A DNA stretch of 64,000 nucleotides, from positions 224,001 to 288,000 of the forward strand of contig CAXXFK010000006.1 of assembly GCA_963663965.2 (NCBI GenBank), in the 5' to 3' direction. Of the stretch, positions 1 through 9,041 are shown in pieces; the stretch's first letter is position 1, and each line of letters begins with the position of its first letter. The notes under the pieces are model-generated. The model was not told the origin of the DNA, ran no database searches, and saw only the letters and a program-made list of their open reading frames with translations. Origin of the DNA: Sedimentisphaerales bacterium (lineage in GTDB: Bacteria; Planctomycetota; Phycisphaerae; Sedimentisphaerales; SM23-30). The position numbers were made by a program, and so were the translations under genes.

Positions 1-2
1 GG

Positions 3-380
3 GATATTGATATGCCGCCGGGGCGATTGCGGGATCACAACTTCAAATCTCGCGGCTGGACGGTGGTTTCAGCGCAGAATCAGCATCTGGATGTTTACGG
101 TGTGCTTTATACGCCGGAAATATACAGGATGGGACAGTATCTCGGACGGGAGGATTTGAAAAAGTTGGCGATTGTGATGTATCGCAGTTGTGGTCAGTTG
201 ATTGACCCGTTCGGCAGTCAGGGCGAACAGATTCAGCACACAAATTTTTCGCAGCGTGGAAACATGGATGATGTGACACGGATGCGGGGCGGTTACTCCG
301 AGGGCTGGACGGTGTATTGGATTACGGCACACTTCCTCAATGCTGCTGCCCAGTTTCAGGAAATGGGCCTCCTGAAATAG
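3..380 (+). CDS. 3' end of a CDS entering from the left; hypothetical, possibly carbohydrate-active
   Basis: Open frame from the window edge to TAG at 378-380 with protein-like composition, upstream of a GH29 gene. No diagnostic motif. Confidence 0.55.
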   Translation, partial: DIDMPPGRLRDHNFKSRGWTVVSAQNQHLDVYGVLYTPEIYRMGQYLGREDLKKLAIVMYRSCGQLIDPFGSQGEQIQHTNFSQRGNMDDVTRMRGGYSEGWTVYWITAHFLNAAAQFQEMGLLK

Positions 381-500
381 ATGTTTGCTTCACCGACAGA
401 ATCGCATTGTAAACTGTCTCTTGCAAGTCGATTTTGATCGAAATGCGTCAGTCAGTTTAAGCGGGTTTGGAAAATGTAATTGAATGAAAGAATGTATATT

Positions 501-1515
501 ATGACGCGATTAATTCTACTGGGAATATTAGTTTCTGTCGGTGTTTGCAAGGCCGGTGTGGTGGAATATCCGCAGATGGTTGAGATCAAAGAAACGGATT
601 CCGCTGCCAATATTATCGAAAAGTCCGCCAGTGTGCGGCCGTCCCCCCAACAGTTGGAATATCATGGGCAGGAGTTCATTGCTTTTATCCACTTTGGCCC
701 AAATACCTTTAGAGGCGTCGAATGGGGAAACGGCAAGGAAGATCCCAAAGTGTTTAATCCATCGATGGTTGATACGAATTAGTGGTGCGCTCTTATCAAG
801 GCTGCCGGGATGAAGAAGGTGCTCCTGACTGTAAAGCACCATGACGGCTATTGTCTCTGGCAGACACGTTACAATAAGAACTTTTCCGTGCATCAGTCAC
901 GGTGGAAAAACGGTAAGGGCGATGTGCTGAGAAAGCTGGTCGATTCGGCGAAAAAGTATGGTCTTAAAATAGGTGTTTATCTCAGTCCGGCAGATCTTTA
1001 CCAGATGGAAAACGCCGACGGGTATTACGGGAATCTCAGCAAATATCAGGACAGTATTATCCCAACAGAAGTCGAAGCTTTTCGTAGTGATCCGATGAAA
1101 CAGCGAAAGGTGCCTGCGGACTGGCCGGCGTTCAAAGTCAGTGCTGACGACTACAATCGTTATTTCATGAATCAGCTATACGAATTACTGACCGAGTACG
1201 GCCCGGTCCATGAGGTCTGGTTTGACGGAGCGCATCCCAAACGTAAGGGCGGCCAGAAATATATCCGACACGAATGGTTTGCCTTAATTCGTAAACTTGC
1301 ACCTCAAGCGGTCATTTTGGCGGCCCGGATGTACGTTGGTGCGGCAATGAGCATGGCGGTACACGTGACAGCGAGTGGAACGTCCTGACAATCGACAACT
1401 TAAAAGTCTGCGGCTATGACCGTCCGGATAATGATATTGCGTCAGATAGTAAAATTACTGCACCGGACTATTCGGTGTATGATGAAAAGTTCAAGAGCAA
1501 AAGTCTTTATTACCT
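501..1515 (+). pseudogene. Alpha-L-fucosidase (GH29), disrupted
   Basis: Signal peptide plus GH29 motifs FIHFGPNTF, KHHDGYCLW, ELLTEYGPVHEVWFDGA. In-frame TAG at 780-782, frameshift near 1320, truncated at ~1516 by an IS-like end. Confidence 0.85.
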
Positions 1516-2434
1516 CTTAGGGTACAAAAAACAAATTTCCATAATTTCATTAAAATCAGATACTTAAATAATGTTCGGACAAACCTGATTGCAAGTTTTT
1601 ACTGATTTAATTGACTTTGGGGGACGATGAAACAGAGGATATGGATCACCCTTGTGACATATATTGCCTACGGCATCAATAATGAGCTCTATCAGGCAAT
1701 TGAGTATCTCAAAACTCAGGTGGAAGTCTTGATTGAACAACAGGAAAAACCAGAACAAGCGAATTCTTCTCACCAACAGTCAACGAATGCGAATTGCCGC
1801 TAAAGCTAAGAGGCTCAGTAGGAAAGTGCTTGAGCAATGCACCGAGTTGTTTACGGCAGACACGGTGATTCGGTGGTATAACAAACTCATTGCTGAAAAG
1901 TACGATGTTTCTTCCAAACGGGGCAAAGTAGGCAGACCACCGATAACAACTGAAATAGTCAATCTGGTCATCAGATTCAAGAAGGAAAATCCTCGATGGG
2001 GTTATGAGAAAATCAAAGATCAAATGGAGTATCTTGGTTTTGAGATTAGCAAATCATCGGTCAAAAATATTCTCATTGAAAACGGCTATGATCCGGAACC
2101 TGATCTGATCGTTAGATCAACCTGGCATGAATTCTTAAAAAGCCATTGGGAGGTCATGGCCGCATGCGACTTTTTCACCATTGAGCTTCTGGTCGGGCGT
2201 AAACTGATTCGTTGCACGGTCTTCTTTGCCATTGAATTTTCCAGCAGAAGAGTATTCTTCGCTCCTATTCAACTTCAGCCTGATGGTCAGTATATGAAAC
2301 AGGTTGCACGAATCCTTACTGACTGCGAGGATGGTTTTCTAAAAGGGAAACGCTATCTCATCCATGATCGTGATCCATTGTATCGATCAGAAGGTTTTCA
2401 AGTCTCTCGCAGAAATAACAGAACCAATTGGTAA
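1516..2434 (+). mobile_element. Truncated IS-like element with integrase-core (rve) transposase
   Basis: ATG at 1627 (MKQRIWITLVTY), shift at an A run near 1746 into the 1733-2434 frame (ENPRWGYEKI, ACDFFTIE, YLIHDRD). C-terminal catalytic part missing. A diverged inverted copy of the 5' end lies at 57087-57436. Confidence 0.75.
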
Positions 2435-2444
2435 CATAGAGGTT

Positions 2445-2588
2445 ATGGATAGCAACCAGAATGACTGTGCCTCAAAGCTTGCCTTTTTGGCGGAACAGGA
2501 TGAACAATTCCGGACACTTTTAGAGATATGGCAAGATTTAAAGGATTGGCAAAAGCAGGCCATAATTGCAATTGTTCATGGAACCTGA
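2445..2588 (+). CDS. Small hypothetical protein
   Basis: RBS-like AGAGG before ATG; MDSNQNDC...LLEIWQDLKDWQKQAIIAIVHGT. Confidence 0.4.
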   Translation: MDSNQNDCASKLAFLAEQDEQFRTLLEIWQDLKDWQKQAIIAIVHGT

Positions 2589-2635
2589 TGGATTTATAAT
2601 TTATGTCTCGACTGTTGGCTATTCTGTTACGGTCC

Positions 2636-2687
2636 TATACTTTTACTCCGCCCCGGCAGGCGCTGCACTTTTACTCCGGCGTTTACA
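2636..2687. mobile_element. Orphan IS21-type terminal fragment
   Basis: Two direct copies of ACTTTTACTCCG ending in ...GTTTACA (TG on the minus strand). Reiterated transposase sites are typical of IS21 ends. Abuts an IS66 tnpC tail. Confidence 0.55.
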
Positions 2688-2953
2688 GCGGCGCCCGGGT
2701 AGGCGATTTGTATATGGGCCTGATCCATACTTGCGAGTTGAACCAGGTGAATCCATTTGACTACCTGACCGAAGTACAGAAAAACCAGCCCACTATCGCC
2801 GCCGATCCGGAAAAATGGATGCCCTGGAACTACCAGGAAAATCTCAAGACAGACTCCCCGGCCTGATCTGCTCGCCCATCTCTCCTGCCTCCCCCAACTG
2901 CCGCCCAGGAATTTTTGGGATTTTCAGGTTTTTCACCCTTGCCGAAAGGACAC
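2688..2953 (+). mobile_element. IS66 3' fragment (tnpC C-terminus plus right end)
   Basis: GARVGDLYMGLIHTCELNQVNPFDYL...WMPWN is the IS66 TnpC C-terminal motif; ends in CTTGCCGAAAGGACAC at 2938-2953. Confidence 0.8.
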
Positions 2954-4130
2954 CATACAGGCACTCACCCGGGAAGTTCGCCGCCACCTCAACAAAACGC
3001 CGCCGTCCATGCGTCAGGCAGTTGCCCAGGATCGTCTTGAGTGATTCAGGGGCGTTACGGCTCAGAGCATCACACATCTGGATCGGATGCTGCCGGCCGG
3101 CGTGGCGCTGTTTCAGCAGTTCGGCCAAGTTCTCACCGGCATGGCTATGGCCGGTGAAGAACAACGCGATCCGGTGATCGTCCACAATGGACACAATGCC
3201 GGAGGTGAAGACGCCTTTACGCGGGTCTTGGGACGGGCCCTCGTGCTGCCGGCATAATTCCAGCACCTTCATGGTCGTATCATCATTGTGCAGCAGGCGG
3301 CCCTGGGCTGCCTGGTGGACCACTGCCTCAAACACCGGCTCAATCCGGTCAGCAACCTCTTCGACCATCTCCCATTGGGTTGCCGCCGGCAAAGGGATCC
3401 CCAGCGTGCCCTGGAGCCGCTGGAGGCGGTTGAACGGGACGCCGCTACCGTATTTCATCAAGGCGATCATACTGGCCGATTCCGCGTCGTATTTATCCGA
3501 TCCCATGCCGTCAGGGGGCGCGGCCGTGAAGAGTGCTCCGCATAAGTGGCATCGCAGCTTTTGCAATTCATACACCGTAGCACCCAAAGGGGCCTGGCCC
3601 TGGATGCGAATAATCCGGCCGGGAGTTGTCCCATAGACGGTTCCTTTTAGGCACTCCGGACAAGCATCGCCGGGTCTAAGGGAATCGTGCGGCACACGAA
3701 TTGTTTCCGCCCCCGTATAAGCATCCGTACCGTTCCGGCCATGTCCTTTGGTTTTAGGGGATGATTCGGGTGACAATTTGTCCTGTTTGTCATCCTGGCC
3801 GGGCTTGTTTTTCTGCTCGGTCTCGTCCAGAATCTTTTCCATGACCTTGCGGGTCGATTCCGTGGTGGCACCAAAGAGCATCTGTTTAAGCCGCTGGATG
3901 GAAACATGCTTTTTCTCCAGTTCCCGGGTCAGAAAAATCAGCGTTTCCATAGCCGCATGAAGCGTGTCGTATTCATCCTGGCTCAGAGCTGCCTTAGCAC
4001 GCTCCAGAATGGCCTCCAGTTCGCCCTGTTCCAGTTCCACGTATTCAGGACTGTGCGGCTTGCTGGAGATGGGTGTGCCGTGCCTGGACGTTTTGCCCAT
4101 CTGCCTTCGAAATCGTCTGAGATGGCCCAT
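2954..4130 (-). pseudogene. tnpC: IS66 transposase TnpC, truncated
   Basis: LKQMLFG, CPEC zinc motif, LHNDDT, CLTHGRRRF. Homology stops at ECLY where the inverted IS end begins. Confidence 0.85.
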
Positions 4131-4193
4131 GTGCTCGATCCTTTCTAAAAAGGAATAGAGACATTATCGGACAAAACCAAGATACCTCTTGAT

Positions 4194-4562
4194 TCATTTT
4201 AGCAACGCCCCCTCTAACCGCCGCCACGGCTCAACGCCCTGGGACGCCGGATTGCCCCCGGATAGCAGAACACTCAACTGGTGGGCTTCCAGGGCATGGG
4301 TAGCCGAGAAGTCGTTCTGAGGCCACCAGCCGAAGCGCCCCTTGGAAAGCCGCTTCTGGCAAAGCCAAAATCCTTGTCCATCGTAGACGATAATTTTTAT
4401 GGCAGTCGCCCGACGGTTACGAAAAACAAATAATATCCCTCGAAACGGATCCTGTCGCAACTGATCCCGGCAGATCCGGGCCAAGCCGTCGATCCCTTTA
4501 CGGAAATCAGCCGGCTCAACGGCTACCAGAATCCGCATATGAGGTGTCAACTGGATCATCAT
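4194..4562 (-). CDS. tnpB: IS66 accessory protein TnpB
   Basis: DFRKGIDGL, FVFRNRR, YDGQGFWLCQKRL motifs. Confidence 0.92.
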   Translation of the reverse strand: MMIQLTPHMRILVAVEPADFRKGIDGLARICRDQLRQDPFRGILFVFRNRRATAIKIIVYDGQGFWLCQKRLSKGRFGWWPQNDFSATHALEAHQLSVLLSGGNPASQGVEPWRRLEGALLK

Positions 4563-4964
4563 TCACCCCTTACAGAGCGTGTGGCTCAAGGCCGCCAGAT
4601 CGGGCAACTGAGGACCTTTCAGGTGGATACGGATCGTGGTCCCGTCTGATCGGTGGCACTCCAGGGCACACTCGGCTGCCGCCGTCAGTTCAGATGACAG
4701 CAGTTCGATGAACGTCGGACAGGTCTCAGCATCTGATGGGGATGCTGCCACCGTCGATTCCAACCGCTTCTTCAGACCGTTGTAATCCAACCGCAGGGTG
4801 CGGGCCGTCCGGTTCACGCCATAGGTCTGGGCCAACTTAACCGCCGCTGACCACAGCGAATCCGGCAATCGGCGGTAGCCCTTATGCTTCTTTCTGAACT
4901 TGCCAAAGCGTTCCCGACCGCGGACCAACCGGGCCGGTACATTCGATTTGGATCGGGTCTTCAT
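4563..4964 (-). CDS. IS66 TnpA-like HTH protein
   Basis: RLPDSLWSAAV...YNGLKKR; first gene of the IS66 cassette. Confidence 0.75.
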   Translation of the reverse strand: MKTRSKSNVPARLVRGRERFGKFRKKHKGYRRLPDSLWSAAVKLAQTYGVNRTARTLRLDYNGLKKRLESTVAASPSDAETCPTFIELLSSELTAAAECALECHRSDGTTIRIHLKGPQLPDLAALSHTLCKG

Positions 4965-5353
4965 ACATCGTCTCCATTATAGCATAGTCCTGACGACGTA
5001 TAAAATACCACCCGCGAAAATTTATGTCATGCACGCTTGCCGAAAATACACTGTGTTTCGAACAAATATTTAACTCTTTCGGCTAATCAAGCAACTTGAA
5101 TCGAACAGCTGGGGGGTTCGAAGTCGACCTCGCTAAAAACGGTAAAAAGCGCTTGCCAGCTAACCTTTTAGGGTTTTTGAATCGTCCGTAATTTATTTCT
5201 GAAATGGTCGTCCGATTCCGCTCAGGCAACCTGTTCCGTTGCACTCCACTTGAAAATCCCAGCAGAGTAGGGCCCAATGGGACCATTGGACGCGGTAAAG
5301 GTTAAGCGAAAAAGGTTTCAAGATAAGAATTGAAAGGAGGTCATGAAATAAAA

Positions 5354-5959
5354 ATGGAAACACAAAATCAAAATACCTTGGCTAATCCGGTCAGGATTAC
5401 CAAACTGGCGATGCAAGAAGAACTAGGCGAGCAATACAGCCGCTGCTGGTCGTTTGCCTTTAAATACGCCAGCGACGATCTGGAGTTCAATGAGCAGGTC
5501 GCCCGGCTGGGTCAGCGTTTTAATCTGCTGCGCAGTCAGGCCAGTTGGTTTATTAAAGGGGCGCATCGGATCCTGGTTAAGCAGGGGTCGATTATTAGCG
5601 ACGAACCGGTCAAGTTGGAAGTGCAAACAGAGCTGAGCGGTTTTTCCAGAAAACCAACTGCAAAACCGGCCTTTGACTATGTCTCGCAAACGGAGATGAT
5701 GGCGTTTTTAGCCGATCTGGAAGACCTTTTAAACCATCGGGACTATGCCGAGCACTGGGCTGAGCTGGAGCGTTTGCAGCAGATCGTGATGGAACAGCAA
5801 TGCGCCACGGAAAAAGAGGTCTTGAAGCTGTTTCATCTCCGGGCAGTTGTGGAAGGCGAGCTGGAAGCCCGGGAGCGTTTTTTTGACGCCTATCCGGTCA
5901 GTACTGACGCCTGGGAGAACGGCTATTTTGACAACGCCGGCAATGTCAATTACTGGTAA
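5354..5959 (+). CDS. Hypothetical protein
   Basis: ~200-aa ORF with AAAGGAGG nearby upstream and a terminator downstream. Confidence 0.7.
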   Translation: METQNQNTLANPVRITKLAMQEELGEQYSRCWSFAFKYASDDLEFNEQVARLGQRFNLLRSQASWFIKGAHRILVKQGSIISDEPVKLEVQTELSGFSRKPTAKPAFDYVSQTEMMAFLADLEDLLNHRDYAEHWAELERLQQIVMEQQCATEKEVLKLFHLRAVVEGELEARERFFDAYPVSTDAWENGYFDNAGNVNYW

Positions 5960-5964
5960 AGATC

Positions 5965-5989
5965 AAGGGCAGCGATGCCCTTTTTCTTT
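5965..5989 (+). terminator. Rho-independent terminator
   Basis: AAGGGCA-GCGA-TGCCCTT stem-loop plus T run right after the stop. Confidence 0.7.
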
Positions 5990-6232
5990 AATTTTTTATA
6001 GCCTTGGCCGGGCTGCCGGTGATGGCCCGGCGGCGCTCACTGGCGTTCGCGCGAAATGGCGAATGAGGCCGGGCCTTGGGCTGTTGTCCTCATGCACCTT
6101 GAAAAAGGGTTTATGGATCACAGTCTTTTTACTGTTTTATTTCTGATTGTTGGTCAAAGTGTTTGTTATTGATTTTTCCAGTTAACGTGAAAAATCAATT
6201 TCAAACAAAAATTAAATCATAGGAGGTAAACC

Positions 6233-6400
6233 ATGGCAGATGAAATCAAAGAATTGGCGTTCATGAAGACCAAGACCGGCAACGGTTACAAGGTCTGTGT
6301 GAATGACCGTTGGCTTTATACTTCAAGGAAGAATGTTGAAGAAGTCGTCAACGATGTCCAGACTACTTGTACTTTTTCGACAATCGAATCGGATAAGTAA
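6233..6400 (+). CDS. Small hypothetical protein, 55 aa (not in ORF track)
   Basis: AGGAGG RBS then MADEIKELAFMKTKTGNGYKVCVNDRWLYTSRK...DK-stop. Confidence 0.65.
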   Translation: MADEIKELAFMKTKTGNGYKVCVNDRWLYTSRKNVEEVVNDVQTTCTFSTIESDK

Positions 6401-6584
6401 GCAGGCTTGGTGTCACCGGGCGCATTGTGTTTGTTATTATTTTGAGATTAACGCGGCCGGTGGCAAAGACCGGTTCGATTCGTGGAACCGGCATATAAGA
6501 TGTAAGGAGGTATTGTGAGCATGACAAAAACGGTTGGTCAGAGAGTGTACCAACCGTTAACGGTAGTCAAGTTAAAAAGTCAAA

Positions 6585-6773
6585 ATGGAAATCAAAGGGT
6601 ATAAAATGGAGATCATCATAACTGCTGATGATTTCGAACAGTCAATGAAACGAAAACCGAAAGATCAGAGTGAATTTGATGAATGGGTATCTTATGTTGA
6701 AGAAGATTTGATTAGTGATGATGTTGCCTGGGAGATGTTGTTTGAGTCTGCGAGTTATACTATGCAGGATTAA
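6585..6773 (+). CDS. Small acidic hypothetical protein
   Basis: 62-aa ORF co-oriented with its neighbours. Confidence 0.5.
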   Translation: MEIKGYKMEIIITADDFEQSMKRKPKDQSEFDEWVSYVEEDLISDDVAWEMLFESASYTMQD

Positions 6774-6826
6774 GGTGAAACGATTTTTTTCAGTTCCGTG
6801 TGAAAAAAATCTCAAAGGAAGAAAAT

Positions 6827-7237
6827 ATGAGTGTTATCTATTTCAGCGATGCTGAATTGAAGCGTATCTACGATAAGCTTAACTGGCTGGCCGTAGATCG
6901 GGTTGATTTCAGCCCCCAGCTCGAAGAGCCAGCGCTGCGGCGCTGGCTGGTCCGGTTAGGCCTGAGCAATCGCCTGGCCTACCGGGTGACTTACCATGAT
7001 GGAGGCGCTGAATTGACCCTAGCCATACCTGACCTGGAGGTCGCGGCCGAGGGGGAGCTGGCGCTGAAACAGCTGATCGAACAGTTGGAATTACTGGATT
7101 ACAACTGTATCACCAATGGCGGTCAGTGTTTTGCGGATCAGCAGGATCTGGCGCTGTTAAATCGTCTGGTGGACAGTTTGCGGTGCCGTTATGTCCGGGA
7201 GCTGGAATGGGAATTGAACCGGGAGAAGCATAAGTAA
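6827..7237 (+). CDS. Hypothetical protein
   Basis: RBS-like AAGGAAG before ATG 6827; ~136 aa. Confidence 0.65.
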   Translation: MSVIYFSDAELKRIYDKLNWLAVDRVDFSPQLEEPALRRWLVRLGLSNRLAYRVTYHDGGAELTLAIPDLEVAAEGELALKQLIEQLELLDYNCITNGGQCFADQQDLALLNRLVDSLRCRYVRELEWELNREKHK

Positions 7238-7403
7238 CGAATGGACTGGTGCAACTTCGGACACGCTCCTCGAACGGGACGTTCCTGTTGGTATTTAATT
7301 TTCCCACCGCCTCAATTTTCCTTATCCTTTTAGATTTTTCCCCTGCGGGTCGCCGAGGTACCGCTCGGCTAAAAATGTAAAAGGCAGGAAAATCACCGGC
7401 TCT

Positions 7404-7664
7404 ATGGAAAAATTAAATGAACACCAACAGGAACTGGAGACCTTACTCGAGGAGCTGGCAGGCCTGGTCGATAACATGCGGTCGGTCCACTGGGCGATCA
7501 CCGACCTGATCACTGTATACAAGCAACCGACCGAGGAACAGGTGCGGCTATTGAATGCGTTTGGGATTCGTTATACCACCTTACTGACCCAGGCAAAGTC
7601 TCAGGCTATTATCGAGCGAAGATGTCGGGATCTCCTGACAGATATTGTTAGACAGGGGCATTAA
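7404..7664 (+). CDS. Hypothetical protein
   Basis: 86-aa ORF (PTEEQVRLL...TQAKSQAII) followed by a terminator. Confidence 0.6.
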   Translation: MEKLNEHQQELETLLEELAGLVDNMRSVHWAITDLITVYKQPTEEQVRLLNAFGIRYTTLLTQAKSQAIIERRCRDLLTDIVRQGH

Positions 7665-7682
7665 GCTCCTTTTTTCTTTTTT
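7654..7682 (+). terminator. Rho-independent terminator
   Basis: AGGGGC-ATTAA-GCTCCT plus long T tract. Confidence 0.55.
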
Positions 7683-8052
7683 AAGTTTTGCTATGGGACA
7701 GGTTCGGCCAGGCACGGCCAAACCCATAAAAGGCACTGAGCCCGTTATGAGGTCCGGGGCTCAGCTAACCTTTTAAGGCTTTGGCCTATTATGATCGGGG
7801 GGGAGTCACAGGTACTGATGACTCAGGTAGAGATCTCATTGGTGTGCCCAGAACCAATGAGATGTGAATCGTTGGCAAGCCATTTAGTTAGATGGATACC
7901 ATTATAAATGGAAGGTCTCGATGAGACCGAGTTTGTTTCAGCTCGTTGACGTAATTGGGCGCTGCAGGTCATAATCTATTACGATATCAGTGGGACCTGC
8001 GGTTTCTATATAGTCTCTTAAGATAAAATCTTGAGCAAGATGGCAAAGATAT

Positions 8053-8307
8053 CTCAACAGGGAGACGGATACCGCTGTGGCCCTGTTGAGTTCCGGCACT
8101 GCCGGATTAGGAATTCTTCGGAACCGGAATACTGGGGAACCTGACGGTTCCAGACAGGGCTCTGACGATCCCCAGAAATAAGGGCCTACGGGCCCAATAG
8201 GGGTTCTTCGAACCCGGATTACAGGGGGGCCTGGCGGCCCCAGATAGGGCTCTTCGAGCCCCATTAAGACGGGGGCCTGCGGGCCCCCTTTTATAGCCCC
8301 TCAGGGG
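8053..8307. repeat. Array of ~11 short GC-rich hairpins containing a 90-bp tandem duplication
   Basis: Units 8108-8197 and 8198-8288 each hold four stems, e.g. GGAACC-TGAC-GGTTCC versus GGGGCC-TGGC-GGCCCC. Confidence 0.85.
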
Positions 8308-8612
8308 TCAGGATCAGGAATTATGCTCCCGTAGGTCGCCGGAATTTTGATTTGTTTTGAAGTAGGTGTTGGTTGGCAGATCTGACGGGTGTCATTAAGC
8401 CGGAAAACACGCTTGAAAGTTGATGTTCCACTGGAATAGAAAATAAAGGCCTTGGAACCGGAACGGAAAATAGAGCTGTAACTCCTTATGTGAGCGAAGA
8501 TACGGGTGATTATCGCTGTTTTATTCCGTTCCGGGGGCGGAACGGAAAATTCGGACCGAAAAGTATAAATAGCAGGTTGAATTTATCGGTTTAATCGGAG
8601 GGGATTGGACGG

Positions 8613-9041
8613 ATGGATGATCGAAAAGCTACTCAGGAATATGATCGGTATAAGAGCAAGGGGGAAGCCCGGATCGCCGGCTTTTTAAAGGAGCGGCAGA
8701 TCCCTTTTCAATATGAATATCCCCTGGCCATCAAGGACCGGGACCAGGTCCGGATCTGGTATCCGGATTTTCGACTGCCGGATTATTCGTTGATTATCGA
8801 ATATTTTGGCATGAACCGGAACCCGACCTATAACGATCAAATTGCCCATAAAATTCGGACCTACCAGGAGGCGGGTGTGGCTGGTATCTATCTGTGGGAA
8901 TCATCTTTCAACGGTGACTGGCAGGCCGGTCTGCTGGGCCGAATCCGCCAGGTGCAGGAGAGTCGGTTGCACCGGATCAGTATTCTGGAGTCGAATCTGA
9001 AAGACCGCATTCCGGTTGGAATGATTCGCCACACTGGATGA
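8613..9041 (+). CDS. PD-(D/E)XK / Vsr-like endonuclease-domain protein
   Basis: KSKGEARIA, FQYE, YPDF, IIEYFG pattern. Confidence 0.7.
   Translation: MDDRKATQEYDRYKSKGEARIAGFLKERQIPFQYEYPLAIKDRDQVRIWYPDFRLPDYSLIIEYFGMNRNPTYNDQIAHKIRTYQEAGVAGIYLWESSFNGDWQAGLLGRIRQVQESRLHRISILESNLKDRIPVGMIRHTG

Larger units (their letters stand above)
2954..5051 (-). mobile_element. IS66 family element, 3'-truncated
   Basis: tnpA-tnpB-tnpC gene order on the minus strand; left end CTTGCCGAAAATACAC at 5036-5051 matches the end at 2938-2953. Confidence 0.9.

Noticed and set aside
6303..6518. 71-aa ORF
   Set aside because: Overlaps the better-supported 6233-6400 ORF and lacks an RBS.
7938..8264. Pro/Gly-rich 108-aa ORF
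   Set aside because: Its repeats simply mirror the hairpin array; substitutions preserve pairing rather than codons.
8053..8307. CRISPR or TIGR-type array
   Set aside because: No constant repeat with unique spacers, and no cas or Nop-domain gene recognised nearby.
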